NCBI GenBank assembly: GCA_963778075.1
Contig: CAVZTJ010000007.1
Span: 4,134 to 68,133, forward strand
Origin: an uncultured Actinomycetota bacterium
GTDB lineage: Bacteria > Actinomycetota > Actinomycetes > Streptosporangiales > Streptosporangiaceae
Length of the DNA stretch: 64,000 nt
Reading direction: 5' to 3'
Under the pieces are notes generated by a model. It saw nothing but the letters and a program-made list of their open reading frames with translations, made no database searches and had not been told where the DNA came from. This document shows positions 44,169 through 52,839 of the stretch, piece after piece; position 1 is the first letter of the stretch, and each line of letters opens with the position of its first letter. A program made the position numbers and the translations under genes.

Positions 44169-45168
44169 CGAGGCCCGTTTTCTGCGCATCCAGTCTGGCG
44201 CGGCAGGTCTTGCTGACGGACTGTCCGAGGCCGTGACGGCGCGCCTGGCGGCCGGTGCGCGCAACGTCTTCTTCCTCGGCTCCGGCGGGGCCGGCATCCT
44301 CATGTACCCGGCGGCATCGCTGCTGCAGGCCCGGTCACGGTTTGGCGCCTTCACCGACTGGGCAGCGCAGATCGTCCAGACGGGCTCGGCGCACCTGGGG
44401 CCGCACTCCATGGTGGTGATCCCCTCGCTGTCCGGTAGCACCGCCGAGAGCCTTGCGGTGCTGGAGTACGCCAAGCAGGCCGGCGCGACGGTGATCACGC
44501 TTACCGGGAGGCAGGACTCCCCGCTGGCCCGCAAGGCCGATTACAACTTCAGCAACGAGGCGGCCGACGACACCTCCAGCGAGTCCTTCTATCTCCAGTC
44601 GCTCATCATCGCCCTGGCGATCATGCGGCAGCTCGGTGAGTACGACGGTTACGACGCGACGATCGATCAGCTGCGGCAGCTGCCACAGCTGTTGGTCGGG
44701 GTCAAGCGGGCCGCTGAGGAGCGCGCCGTGCAGCTCGCGGAAGCGATCGCGGCCCGGCCTTACCACATCGTCACGGGCGCTGGAGCGGCGTGGCCGGAGG
44801 CCTTCTATTACGGCATGTGCATCCTGGAAGAGATGCAGTGGATCCGCGCCCGCCCGGTGCACGCGGCCGACTTCTTCCACGGCACGCTGGAACTCATCGA
44901 TGACGGCGTCAGCGTCTTGCTGCTCAAGGGAGAGGACGCCGCCAGGCCGCTGGCCGAGCGAGTCGAAGCGTTCGTGCCGCGCTACGGCGGTGTGCTGACC
45001 GTGCTCGACTCCGCCGACTACGAGCTGCCCGGCATCGGCGCGGAGGTGCGGGCGCTGATCTCCCCGGTCGTGCTGGCGACCGTGCTCGAGCGGGTGGACG
45101 CCCATCTGGAGGAGATCACCGGACATCCGCTGACCATGCGGCGCTACTACAAGCGGGTCGAATACTGA
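44155..45168 (+). CDS. second FrlB-like double-SIS protein
   Basis: Start MLNFDEARFL at 44155 (14-nt overlap with the kinase gene). FFLGSGGAG, VVIPSLSGSTAES, ADFFHGTLELI, MRRYYKRVEY. Confidence 0.8.
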   Translation: MLNFDEARFLRIQSGAAGLADGLSEAVTARLAAGARNVFFLGSGGAGILMYPAASLLQARSRFGAFTDWAAQIVQTGSAHLGPHSMVVIPSLSGSTAESLAVLEYAKQAGATVITLTGRQDSPLARKADYNFSNEAADDTSSESFYLQSLIIALAIMRQLGEYDGYDATIDQLRQLPQLLVGVKRAAEERAVQLAEAIAARPYHIVTGAGAAWPEAFYYGMCILEEMQWIRARPVHAADFFHGTLELIDDGVSVLLLKGEDAARPLAERVEAFVPRYGGVLTVLDSADYELPGIGAEVRALISPVVLATVLERVDAHLEEITGHPLTMRRYYKRVEY

Positions 45169-45221
45169 GCACGTAACGGATGCCGAGCCGATCGCCGCGA
45201 TCGGCGGCTTAACATGTCACG

Positions 45222-45677
45222 GTGGCTGAGCAAGACGCCGACCGCCGGTTCCTGGACGCGGCGATCGAGGAAGCACGGACCGGGCTGGCCGAGGGCGGCG
45301 TTCCCATCGGGGCGGCGCTGGTCGTGGACGGCGAGATCGTAGCGACCGGGCGCAACCGGCGGGTCCAGATGGGCAGCGTCATCCGGCACGGCGAGACCGA
45401 CTGCATGGAGAATGCCGGCCGCCTGCCAGCATCGACGTACGCCAGGGCGACGATGTACACCACGCTGTCGCCCTGCCCGATGTGCTCGGGCACGATCCTG
45501 CTTTACGGAATCCCGCGGGTCGTGCTCGGCGAGAACCGCACGTTCATGGGCGCGGAGGACCATCTCCGGGCGCACGGCGTTGAAGTGGTCAACCTCCATT
45601 CAGCGGAGTGCGCGGCCCTGATGCGCGAGTTCATCGACGCTCAGCCGGACATCTGGAACGAGGACATCGGCCGGTAA
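45222..45677 (+). CDS. CMP/dCMP-type zinc deaminase (yeast-type cytosine/nucleoside deaminase)
   Basis: HGETDCMENA ... TLSPCPMCSGTIL (the H-x-E and PC-x2-C zinc motifs). Confidence 0.85.
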   Translation: MAEQDADRRFLDAAIEEARTGLAEGGVPIGAALVVDGEIVATGRNRRVQMGSVIRHGETDCMENAGRLPASTYARATMYTTLSPCPMCSGTILLYGIPRVVLGENRTFMGAEDHLRAHGVEVVNLHSAECAALMREFIDAQPDIWNEDIGR

Positions 45678-46444
45678 TGCCGTCGACCGTGCTCGTGCTC
45701 GGCGGGACCTCCGAGGCCAGGGCGCTGGCTGCCGAGCTAGCCCGCAACGCGGAACTACGGGTCATCAGCTCGCTGGCCGGCCGGGTCAGCAACCCCGCCC
45801 TGCCCGCCGGCGAGGTCCGGGTGGGCGGCTTTGGGGGCGCGGACGGCCTGGCCGCTTACGCCCGGGCCGAGGGCATCGGTGCGGTCGTCGACGCCACGCA
45901 CCCGTTCGCCGAGACGATCAGCGCGCACGCGGTCGAGGCGTGTGCGCAGGCAGGCCTGCCGCTGCTGCGGCTGGCCCGTCCTGGCTGGTCTCCGCGGGAC
46001 GGCGACGACTGGCACGCGGCCGCCTCGCTCGTGGAGGCCGCGGCGCTGCTGCCGGAACTGGGCAGCCGGGTCTTCCTGACCACCGGCCGCCAGGGCCTTG
46101 CCGCGTTCGCCGGGCTGGACCTGTGGTTCCTGATCCGCTGCGTCGACCCGCCCGGCGGCACGCTGCCCGCGCGATCCGAGGTGCTGCTGGCCCGCGGGCC
46201 CTACGAGCGAGAGGCCGAGCGCGCGCTGATGCGCGACCACCGGATCGACGTCCTGGTGACCAAGAACAGCGGCGGGCCGCTGACCGAGGGCAAACTCGGC
46301 GCCGCCAGGGACCTGGGCATCCCGGTGGTCATGGTGAGCCGCCCTGCGGCCGCTGCGGCCGAGTCCGTGACCGCCGTCAGCGACGCGGTCCGCTGGGTTC
46401 AGAGCCAAGTCCACCAGCCGGCGAGACCGGGCCGCCCAGCGTGA
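45677..46444 (+). CDS. cobK: precorrin-6A reductase
   Basis: Start MPSTVLVLGGTSEARALA at 45677 (shares one base with the deaminase stop). VVDATHPFA and DVLVTKNSGG are typical of CobK/CbiJ. Confidence 0.85.
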   Translation: MPSTVLVLGGTSEARALAAELARNAELRVISSLAGRVSNPALPAGEVRVGGFGGADGLAAYARAEGIGAVVDATHPFAETISAHAVEACAQAGLPLLRLARPGWSPRDGDDWHAAASLVEAAALLPELGSRVFLTTGRQGLAAFAGLDLWFLIRCVDPPGGTLPARSEVLLARGPYEREAERALMRDHRIDVLVTKNSGGPLTEGKLGAARDLGIPVVMVSRPAAAAAESVTAVSDAVRWVQSQVHQPARPGRPA

Positions 46445-46580
46445 TTGCGCCGGGCGGAGATGCCCGACAGTGTGAATCGATGCTGCATCAGGTGGCCGAC
46501 GGCGTTTGGGTCCTGGGCGGCATCGACCTGCTGCTGCTCGCACTGGCCGGCCGCAATCAGCCGGTGTGCGCTGGAAGCCC

Positions 46581-48083
46581 TCAGCTGCTGGGCCCGTAGT
46601 GCCGGGGGGTGAACACGGCGGCCCGGCCGCCCTGCTCGAACACCCGCGTCGCGGAAGACCCGATGATCAGCAGCGTGTTCATGTCGACGGCCGCCGCGTC
46701 GAGATCGGCCAGGGTGGTGACGCTCAGCTCCTCGCCGGGCCGGCCGACGTTGTGCCCGACGACGACCGGCGTGTCTGGAGCGCGGTGCCGCAGCATCAGG
46801 TCGCGGACGGCACCGACCTGCCAGGTGCGGGTGCGGGACGCCGGGTTGTACAGGGCCAGCACCAGGTCGGCGGCTGCGGCCGCGGCCACCCGGTCGGCGA
46901 TGACCTGCCACGGCTTGAGCCGGTCCGACAGGCTGATCACGCAGTAGTCATGGCCGAGCGGCGCGCCTGCGCGGCTGGCCACCGCCTGGGCCGCGGTGAC
47001 GCCCGGCAGGATCTCGATGCCGACGTCGGCCCATCGTCCCGGGTCCGACGCGGCCTGCTCCAGCACCGCCGAGGCCATCGCGAACACGCCGGGGTCGCCG
47101 GAGGAGATCACCGCGACCCGGCCGCCTTTCGCCGCCAGATCGAGGGCAAGCGCCGCCCGGTCGGCCTCGACGGTGTTTCCCGAGGCGTGGCGGTGCTGTC
47201 CCGGCCGGTTCGGCACCCGCGCCAGGTAGGCCCGGTAGCCCACCAGATCGGTGGCGGCCGCGATCGCCGCCGCCGATTCGGGTGTCAGCCAGGCCGGGTC
47301 GCCCGGGCCGAGCCCGACGACCGTCACGCCGGGCGCCGGCTCCGTCCGCTGGCCTCGCCCGGGCACCAGCGCCAGCGACATGTACGGCACGGTGGATGGA
47401 TCGACGTCGGCTAGCGGGGCGACGCGCTGGGCGTCGGTCCCGGCCCGTTCCGCATAGCGGGCCCGGTCCAGCAGGCCGGTGTCCGCCAGGGCGTCGCGCA
47501 CCTTGTCGAACGTGCGGCCGAGCTTGAGGATCGCCACCGCGTCGCCGCCGGCGGCGGCCATCCGGGCGCGCAGCAGTTCCGGCGGGAGCGTTCCGGGCAG
47601 CACGGTGAGCGACTCGTCGTGCTGCACCAGCGGCTCGCCGACGGCCGCGGCCGCCGCGGAAACCGACGAGACCCCGGGAACGATCTGTGCGGCGAACCGA
47701 CCCGCCAGGCGTACGTGGAGATGCTGGTACGAACCGTAAAGGCCCGGATCCCCTTCGCAGAGCACGACCACGGTCCGTCCCAGATCAAGGTGTGCGGCGA
47801 GGCGTCCGGCGGCTTCGGTATAGAAATCGGCAAGCGCGCCCGCGTATCCGCCGGGGTGATCGGTGTCCTCCGTGGTCACCGGGTAACGCAGCACCTCCTC
47901 GGCCTGGCCGGGGCGCAGGTAGGGTGCGGCTGCCGCGCGGGCGACGCTGTGGCCGTGCCGGGCGCAGTGGTAAGCGATGACGTCGGCCTCCGCGATCAGG
48001 CGGGCGGCGCGCACGGTCACCAGCTCGGGGTCCCCGGGGCCCACCCCGACGCCGTACAGCCTGCCCGGTGCCATCGCCGTCAC
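46581..48083 (-). CDS. cobIJ: precorrin-2 C20-methyltransferase / precorrin-3B C17-methyltransferase fusion
   Basis: Two tetrapyrrole methylase halves: LYGVGVGPGDPELVTVRA... and VTVVGLGPGDPAWLTPES... The same fusion occurs in mycobacterial CobIJ. Confidence 0.9.
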   Translation of the reverse strand: MTAMAPGRLYGVGVGPGDPELVTVRAARLIAEADVIAYHCARHGHSVARAAAAPYLRPGQAEEVLRYPVTTEDTDHPGGYAGALADFYTEAAGRLAAHLDLGRTVVVLCEGDPGLYGSYQHLHVRLAGRFAAQIVPGVSSVSAAAAAVGEPLVQHDESLTVLPGTLPPELLRARMAAAGGDAVAILKLGRTFDKVRDALADTGLLDRARYAERAGTDAQRVAPLADVDPSTVPYMSLALVPGRGQRTEPAPGVTVVGLGPGDPAWLTPESAAAIAAATDLVGYRAYLARVPNRPGQHRHASGNTVEADRAALALDLAAKGGRVAVISSGDPGVFAMASAVLEQAASDPGRWADVGIEILPGVTAAQAVASRAGAPLGHDYCVISLSDRLKPWQVIADRVAAAAAADLVLALYNPASRTRTWQVGAVRDLMLRHRAPDTPVVVGHNVGRPGEELSVTTLADLDAAAVDMNTLLIIGSSATRVFEQGGRAAVFTPRHYGPSS

Positions 48084-48709
48084 TCCGCCCTGCTCGCCAG
48101 TGCGTTCACGGCCGCGGACGCGATCGCCGACCCGCCGCGCCGGCCGTGCAGCGTCAGGAACTCGAGACCCAGCGTGCTGCCGGCCAGGGCAGCTTTGGAC
48201 TCGGCGGCGCCGACGAAACCGACCGGCACTCCGATCACGGCGGCGGGCCTTGGTGCCCCGGCCGCAATGATGTCCAGCAGGTGGAACAGCGCGGTTGGCG
48301 CGTTGCCGACGGCGACCAGCGCGCCGTCCAGGCGGTCGCGCCAGAGCTCGACCGAGGCCGCCGTTCTGGTTGTGCCTAGTTCCTCAGCAAGCCCGGGAGT
48401 CCGCGGGTCGCGCAGCGTGCACAGCACGTCGTTGCCGGCGGGCAGCCGCGACCTGGTGACGCCCGCTGCCACCATGGACGAGTCGCAGAGCACCGGCGCC
48501 CCGGCCCGGAGCGCGGCTTCGGCCTGCCCGGCGAACCCCGCCGACCAGGCCAGGTCGCCGACCAGGTCGGTCATGCCGCAGGCGTGGATCATGCGCACGG
48601 CCACGCGCTCCAGGTCGGCGGGGACGCGGGACAGGTCGGCCTCCTGGCGGATGGTGGCAAAGGACTCCCGGTAGATGGCGGCGCCGTCCCGTTCGTATCG
48701 CGTCTTCAT
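48080..48709 (-). CDS. cobH: precorrin-8X methylmutase
   Basis: Start MKTRYERDGAAIY at 48709. VRMIHACGM, VAVGNAPTALF, PVGFVGAAESK. Confidence 0.9.
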   Translation of the reverse strand: MKTRYERDGAAIYRESFATIRQEADLSRVPADLERVAVRMIHACGMTDLVGDLAWSAGFAGQAEAALRAGAPVLCDSSMVAAGVTRSRLPAGNDVLCTLRDPRTPGLAEELGTTRTAASVELWRDRLDGALVAVGNAPTALFHLLDIIAAGAPRPAAVIGVPVGFVGAAESKAALAGSTLGLEFLTLHGRRGGSAIASAAVNALASRAE

Positions 48710-49869
48710 GCTGGCCTCGCCCGGGTGCTCAGCTCCGCGCCGTCGCCGAACACCATCCGGTCCTCGGGCGTGGCGACCACCGCGGTGGCGTCGGCGGGCA
48801 GGCCGCACCGGCGGCTGCATCCCGCCCAGTGCACCGCGCCCAGCCCGGGGACGCGCCCGGCGAGCACGCGCACGTCAGCGAGCGACTTGCCGCAGGCCAT
48901 GCCCGCGCACGCGGTGACCGGGGCGAGTTCGTGGCCGTCGCTGACGACGAGGCCCGCATCGTCCAGCCGCTGCAGCGCGGCACCGGCCGGATCGGCCAGC
49001 GGGAGCACTATCCGCCCCGCCGCGGCAAGCCGCGCCACCTCTCCGGGGCGCAGCATGCGCGCGACGAGCCGGACCTGCGCCGTGGTCAGCCGGGCCAGCG
49101 GCGCGGCGACCACGACGAGCTCTTCAGCGTCCGGTACCGCGCCCAGCGCCAGCCGGTCCGTGGTGTCACTCACGGCGGCACCGAGCTCGCCTCCGACCGC
49201 CGCGGCGACGCCGGCTCCGCCGTCCGCCAATCCGGCCACGCGTGCGCTGCTCACCCTTGAGTCGGCATCGCCGCCGTCCGACCGCGGTTCCGCTCGCCGC
49301 TGGTCGAGGAAGGCGCGCGCCGCCGCGGCCGCGTGCCGGATCCCGGCCTCTGCCGTGCCGCGCAGGCCCGTGAGTCGGCCGGCCACCACGAGCTCGGCCG
49401 CGCCCGGGCCCAGGCGCAGGCCCACGTCGCAGCCTCCCAGCCCGGCGTGCCCGGTTCCGTCGTCCAGGCTGAACAGGAATCGCCCCGGCAGCGCGGCCAG
49501 GCCGGGGTCACCCCGGATCGCCCGGTCCAGGGCGCGCACCAGCCCGCGCAGGTCCGGCCGGCCGGCCAGCCCGGCCAGCGGGCTCGCGGTGACGTTGCGC
49601 GCCCGGTCGTGGGCGGGCGATGGCATGAGGCCGAGCGCGGTGGCGTGCTCCGCCATGCCGTTCGCGGCGTCCGGCTGGATGCCCCGGACCTGCACGTTGC
49701 CGCGGGCGGTGAGGTCGACGCGCCCGTCGCCGAACCGGCTGGTCAGCGCGGCCACCGACGCAAGCCGGGCGCGGCTCGCGTAGCCGCCGGGCAGCCGGAT
49801 CCGGGCGACGAGCCCGTCGCGCGCCTCATGCAGGTCGAGGATCCCGGGGCATGCGTCACCGGTCGTCAT
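48706..49869 (-). CDS. cobG: precorrin-3B synthase (oxygen-dependent)
   Basis: Sulfite/nitrite-reductase-like ACPGILDLHEARDGLVARIRLPGG...LTARGNVQVRG and C-terminal Cys cluster. Sits upstream of cobH-cobIJ with 4-nt overlaps. Confidence 0.85.
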   Translation of the reverse strand: MTTGDACPGILDLHEARDGLVARIRLPGGYASRARLASVAALTSRFGDGRVDLTARGNVQVRGIQPDAANGMAEHATALGLMPSPAHDRARNVTASPLAGLAGRPDLRGLVRALDRAIRGDPGLAALPGRFLFSLDDGTGHAGLGGCDVGLRLGPGAAELVVAGRLTGLRGTAEAGIRHAAAAARAFLDQRRAEPRSDGGDADSRVSSARVAGLADGGAGVAAAVGGELGAAVSDTTDRLALGAVPDAEELVVVAAPLARLTTAQVRLVARMLRPGEVARLAAAGRIVLPLADPAGAALQRLDDAGLVVSDGHELAPVTACAGMACGKSLADVRVLAGRVPGLGAVHWAGCSRRCGLPADATAVVATPEDRMVFGDGAELSTRARPA

Positions 49870-50078
49870 CGGCCGCTCGCCAACAAAGTCCCCACGGCAG
49901 GCCGACAGTAGCGGCCCGTAACGCCGTGGTCAACGCCGGGGCTGCGGTGCTGTCGCGGAGGGCGACTTGTCCGGATGCTCCGTCACCGCACTCAGCTGAA
50001 GCGATGGCGCAGCGCCTACCATGGATGGGAGGGTACCCCGGTACCCCTCGTCCGTTGCGATCGCGGGAGGCGACTTTG

Positions 50079-50684
50079 ATGGCCTGGCCAGCGCGCGATA
50101 TGGCAGCAGGGGAGGACCGTGGGCGCTTGCGCACATCGCACGCCGACCGCGACCGCGTCGTCGACACACTCAAAGCCGCATACGTGTATGGCTTGGTGAC
50201 CAAGGAGGAGTTCGACACGCGGGTCGGCCAGACGCTCGCTGCGCGCACTTATGCCGAACTGGCGGCGATTATGGCCGACATCCCTGCCGGGCTGGCGCCA
50301 GCACCTCCTCCGCTCAGCCCGGCATCGGCAAAGGCCAATCCTGTGGCACACGTCAGCCCAGCGCCGGGTGACCGCGCGTTCGGAGCGATGGCAGCGCTTG
50401 CGGTGCTGCTGTTCGCTGTCGCCTGCTTTGCCAGTGACGCGATGACCCCGGTGCTCTTGCTCGGAGCGCTCGTTAGCGCCTTCGTGTCCTTGTGCGCACG
50501 GCACTACAACCGGTCTGGCGGTCAGCTGCCTCCGCAGCAGAAAGTGGGCGGCTGTCCGGAAGCGGGTCGCCGGATGGGATCTGATGCACCGGCAGAATGG
50601 CCGTTGCGCCCAAGCAAGCCCTGGCGGCCGGGCAGTGCTCAGATGGCGCCGCGCCATTCTCTTCGCCCCCAGGCGTCGAGCTAG
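50079..50684 (+). CDS. DUF1707 domain membrane protein
   Basis: RTSHADRDRVVDTLKAAYVYGLVTKEEFDTRVGQTLAARTYAELAAIMADIP (DUF1707), then two hydrophobic helices. Start ATG 50079 or 50100. Confidence 0.7.
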   Translation: MAWPARDMAAGEDRGRLRTSHADRDRVVDTLKAAYVYGLVTKEEFDTRVGQTLAARTYAELAAIMADIPAGLAPAPPPLSPASAKANPVAHVSPAPGDRAFGAMAALAVLLFAVACFASDAMTPVLLLGALVSAFVSLCARHYNRSGGQLPPQQKVGGCPEAGRRMGSDAPAEWPLRPSKPWRPGSAQMAPRHSLRPQASS

Positions 50685-50784
50685 GCCGGCAGCGGGCCAA
50701 TAACGGGAGCCTTTGCCCGCCTTTCCGCCGAGCTCCGACGCGAGGAAGCCGGTAATGTCGGCGGCCGGGTGTTCAATGGTTCAC

Positions 50785-52449
50785 ATGGCACGGGTTCTTA
50801 CATTTACGAAGGATGACCTCAAAGGCGCTGCGGGAGCCAGGTCGTTCGAACGTGGCCTGGACTATCTCCGCGATGTGCAGGACCTGGACGTTGCCAGCAC
50901 GCAGATCACCGCGTGCGTATACGGCAGCAGCAAGTACCGGGTCTGTTTGGCATTCCGTGACGAAGTGCTCAGCGGGTCCTGCACATGCCCGTACGGCCAG
51001 GAAGGCTTCTTCTGCAAGCACTGCGTTGCCGTCGGGCTCGTGGTGCTGGAGATGGGTGAGGACCTTCCGGTGCTGATCGAGGCCACCCGAGCCGAACGGC
51101 AGGCGCTTGAGTCCTGGCTGGAGTCGCTTTCCAAGAAGGAACTGCTGGCCGAGCTACTCGGGTTGCTTGGCGAGGACCCGGATCTGCGGCGCCGCTTCGA
51201 GCTGCGGGCAGCGTCGGTGAACCTGGATGCCGTGACGGTCCGCCGCGCCGTCCAGGAGCTGATCCTGCTGCCCCGCCGCGGGTACGTCGAGTACAGCGAG
51301 GCTCACGCTTACGCCAACGACGTGCACAGGGCAGCAGCGGCGATTGACGATCTGACCGAGGCTGGGGGTGCAGCTGACGCGATCGGGATCGCGCGTGAAG
51401 CGGTCGCCTTGCTGTCCGAGGCGTCTGAGCATGTCGACGACTCCTCGGGGGTGGTCGGCGACGCCACACACGAGTTGCTCGCGGTTCATCTGCGTGCGTG
51501 CGAGGCCGCGCCCCCGGATCCGGTCTCGCTCGGTGACTACCTGGCCGGGCTGCTGCTGCACAGTGACCATGGGTTCGGGCCCGATCTCGCCGACTACACC
51601 GGGCTGCTCGGTGACCAAGGCTTCGCCGCAGTGCGTGAGCGCATAGAGGCCGCGTATTCCCGGAATCCGCAGGATTGGCAGGCGCGGAGCCTCATGGAGT
51701 CGCTGGCCAGGGCCGAAGGCGATGTTGATGCGCTCATCGCGATATACGCCGCCCATCTTGATGATCGTGGCTGGAACCACCTTCGTATCGCCGAGGCACT
51801 CGATGAGAATGGCCGTGGCGGCGAGGCCCTCCTCTGGGCCGAGCGTGGCCTGGCTGAGGCCGCGAATCCGGACCAGCGGCTGGTCGACTATCTTGCTAAC
51901 CGGTATGCGGCCGCGGGCCGGCGTGACGACGTGCTCAGCCTCCGGCGTGACCGTTTCCGTGACGAGCGGACGCTGGCCAGCTATCAGGCGCTCCGGGGCG
52001 CCGCCAAAGATTCCGGCGCATGGCCCGCAGAGCGTGCCGAAGCACTCGCTCTGCTAGGCAAGGACGTGCACCGTTCTTCTGGCCGTGTCTCGTGGGGCTG
52101 GGACGGCCCGGTCCTGGTCGACGCGCTGCTCGACGACGGTGATCTGGACGCCGCCTGGGAGGCGGCAAAGGACGCCGCTTCGGATGCTCAGTGGCTTCGG
52201 CTGGCTGACGCCTCGACCGCTACCCGTCCGATTGATGCACTAGCGGTCTACATGAGGGCGATCGCCCCGTTGAAGAGCATGACCGGCGACCGGGTCTACC
52301 ACCGGATGGCGAGCCTGCTGCTCTCCGCGCGCGCCTGCCACGAGACCCTGGGAACGACAGACAAATTCGCCCGGTACATGACCGGCTTGCGCTGGGACCT
52401 GAAGCGAAAGCGCAACCTGATCAAGATCCTCGACCAGAAAGGGCTCTAG
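50785..52449 (+). CDS. SWIM zinc-finger protein with a helical-repeat C-terminal region
   Basis: Start MARVLTFTKDD at 50785. CTCPYGQEGFFCKHCVAV is a CxC..CxH SWIM finger. The long alpha-helical remainder is TPR-like. Confidence 0.75.
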   Translation: MARVLTFTKDDLKGAAGARSFERGLDYLRDVQDLDVASTQITACVYGSSKYRVCLAFRDEVLSGSCTCPYGQEGFFCKHCVAVGLVVLEMGEDLPVLIEATRAERQALESWLESLSKKELLAELLGLLGEDPDLRRRFELRAASVNLDAVTVRRAVQELILLPRRGYVEYSEAHAYANDVHRAAAAIDDLTEAGGAADAIGIAREAVALLSEASEHVDDSSGVVGDATHELLAVHLRACEAAPPDPVSLGDYLAGLLLHSDHGFGPDLADYTGLLGDQGFAAVRERIEAAYSRNPQDWQARSLMESLARAEGDVDALIAIYAAHLDDRGWNHLRIAEALDENGRGGEALLWAERGLAEAANPDQRLVDYLANRYAAAGRRDDVLSLRRDRFRDERTLASYQALRGAAKDSGAWPAERAEALALLGKDVHRSSGRVSWGWDGPVLVDALLDDGDLDAAWEAAKDAASDAQWLRLADASTATRPIDALAVYMRAIAPLKSMTGDRVYHRMASLLLSARACHETLGTTDKFARYMTGLRWDLKRKRNLIKILDQKGL

Positions 52450-52624
52450 CCTCCGGCACGGAGTCTCTACCGAAGACGGTCCCTTCGCCGAGACTGAGCA
52501 GAACCGGGTATGAGCCATCATTTCGCGGGCGCCTGGCCGTGTAGTCAACGGGTAGTGGCGTCCATTTGCAGACGTAAGGACCCTGTCCGGGCGGACGACA
52601 TGGGGAGTTCGGTTGACGTGCGCG

Positions 52625-52835
52625 CTCGGCGTGCGCGAGAGTCGGCAGGTACACGCGACGGTTAGGGAGGAAGCCGGTGCGAATCCGGCGCGGTCCCGCC
52701 ACTGTCACCGGGGAGCAGACCCCAGCACGGCCACGGCCCAATTGGGCGGGAAGGCCGGGGCGCGCACCGATCCGGGAGCCAGGACACTCCGGCCGTCGCG
52801 ACCTTCGACCCGGGGCGAGGATCCCGAGAAGGGCC
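52625..52835 (+). promoter_or_regulatory. cobalamin (adenosylcobalamin) riboswitch
   Basis: ggttagggaggaagccggtgcgaatccggcgcggtcccgccactgtcacc contains the GGGAA..GGTG..AA.CC core and the B12 box gccactg. It is followed by gggaaggccgg and gatccgggagccaggac, immediately upstream of cobN (GTG 52840). Boundaries are approximate. Confidence 0.85.
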
Positions 52836-52839
52836 CGTC

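Noticed and set aside
49880-50060. Cobalamin riboswitch in the cobG leader (minus strand), prompted by gccgctactgtcgg resembling the B12 box
   Set aside because: The box has a mismatch. The GGTG...CC core candidate lies about 85 nt away instead of about 20-25 nt, and the GGGAA element is missing. This does not meet the consensus seen at 52625-52835.
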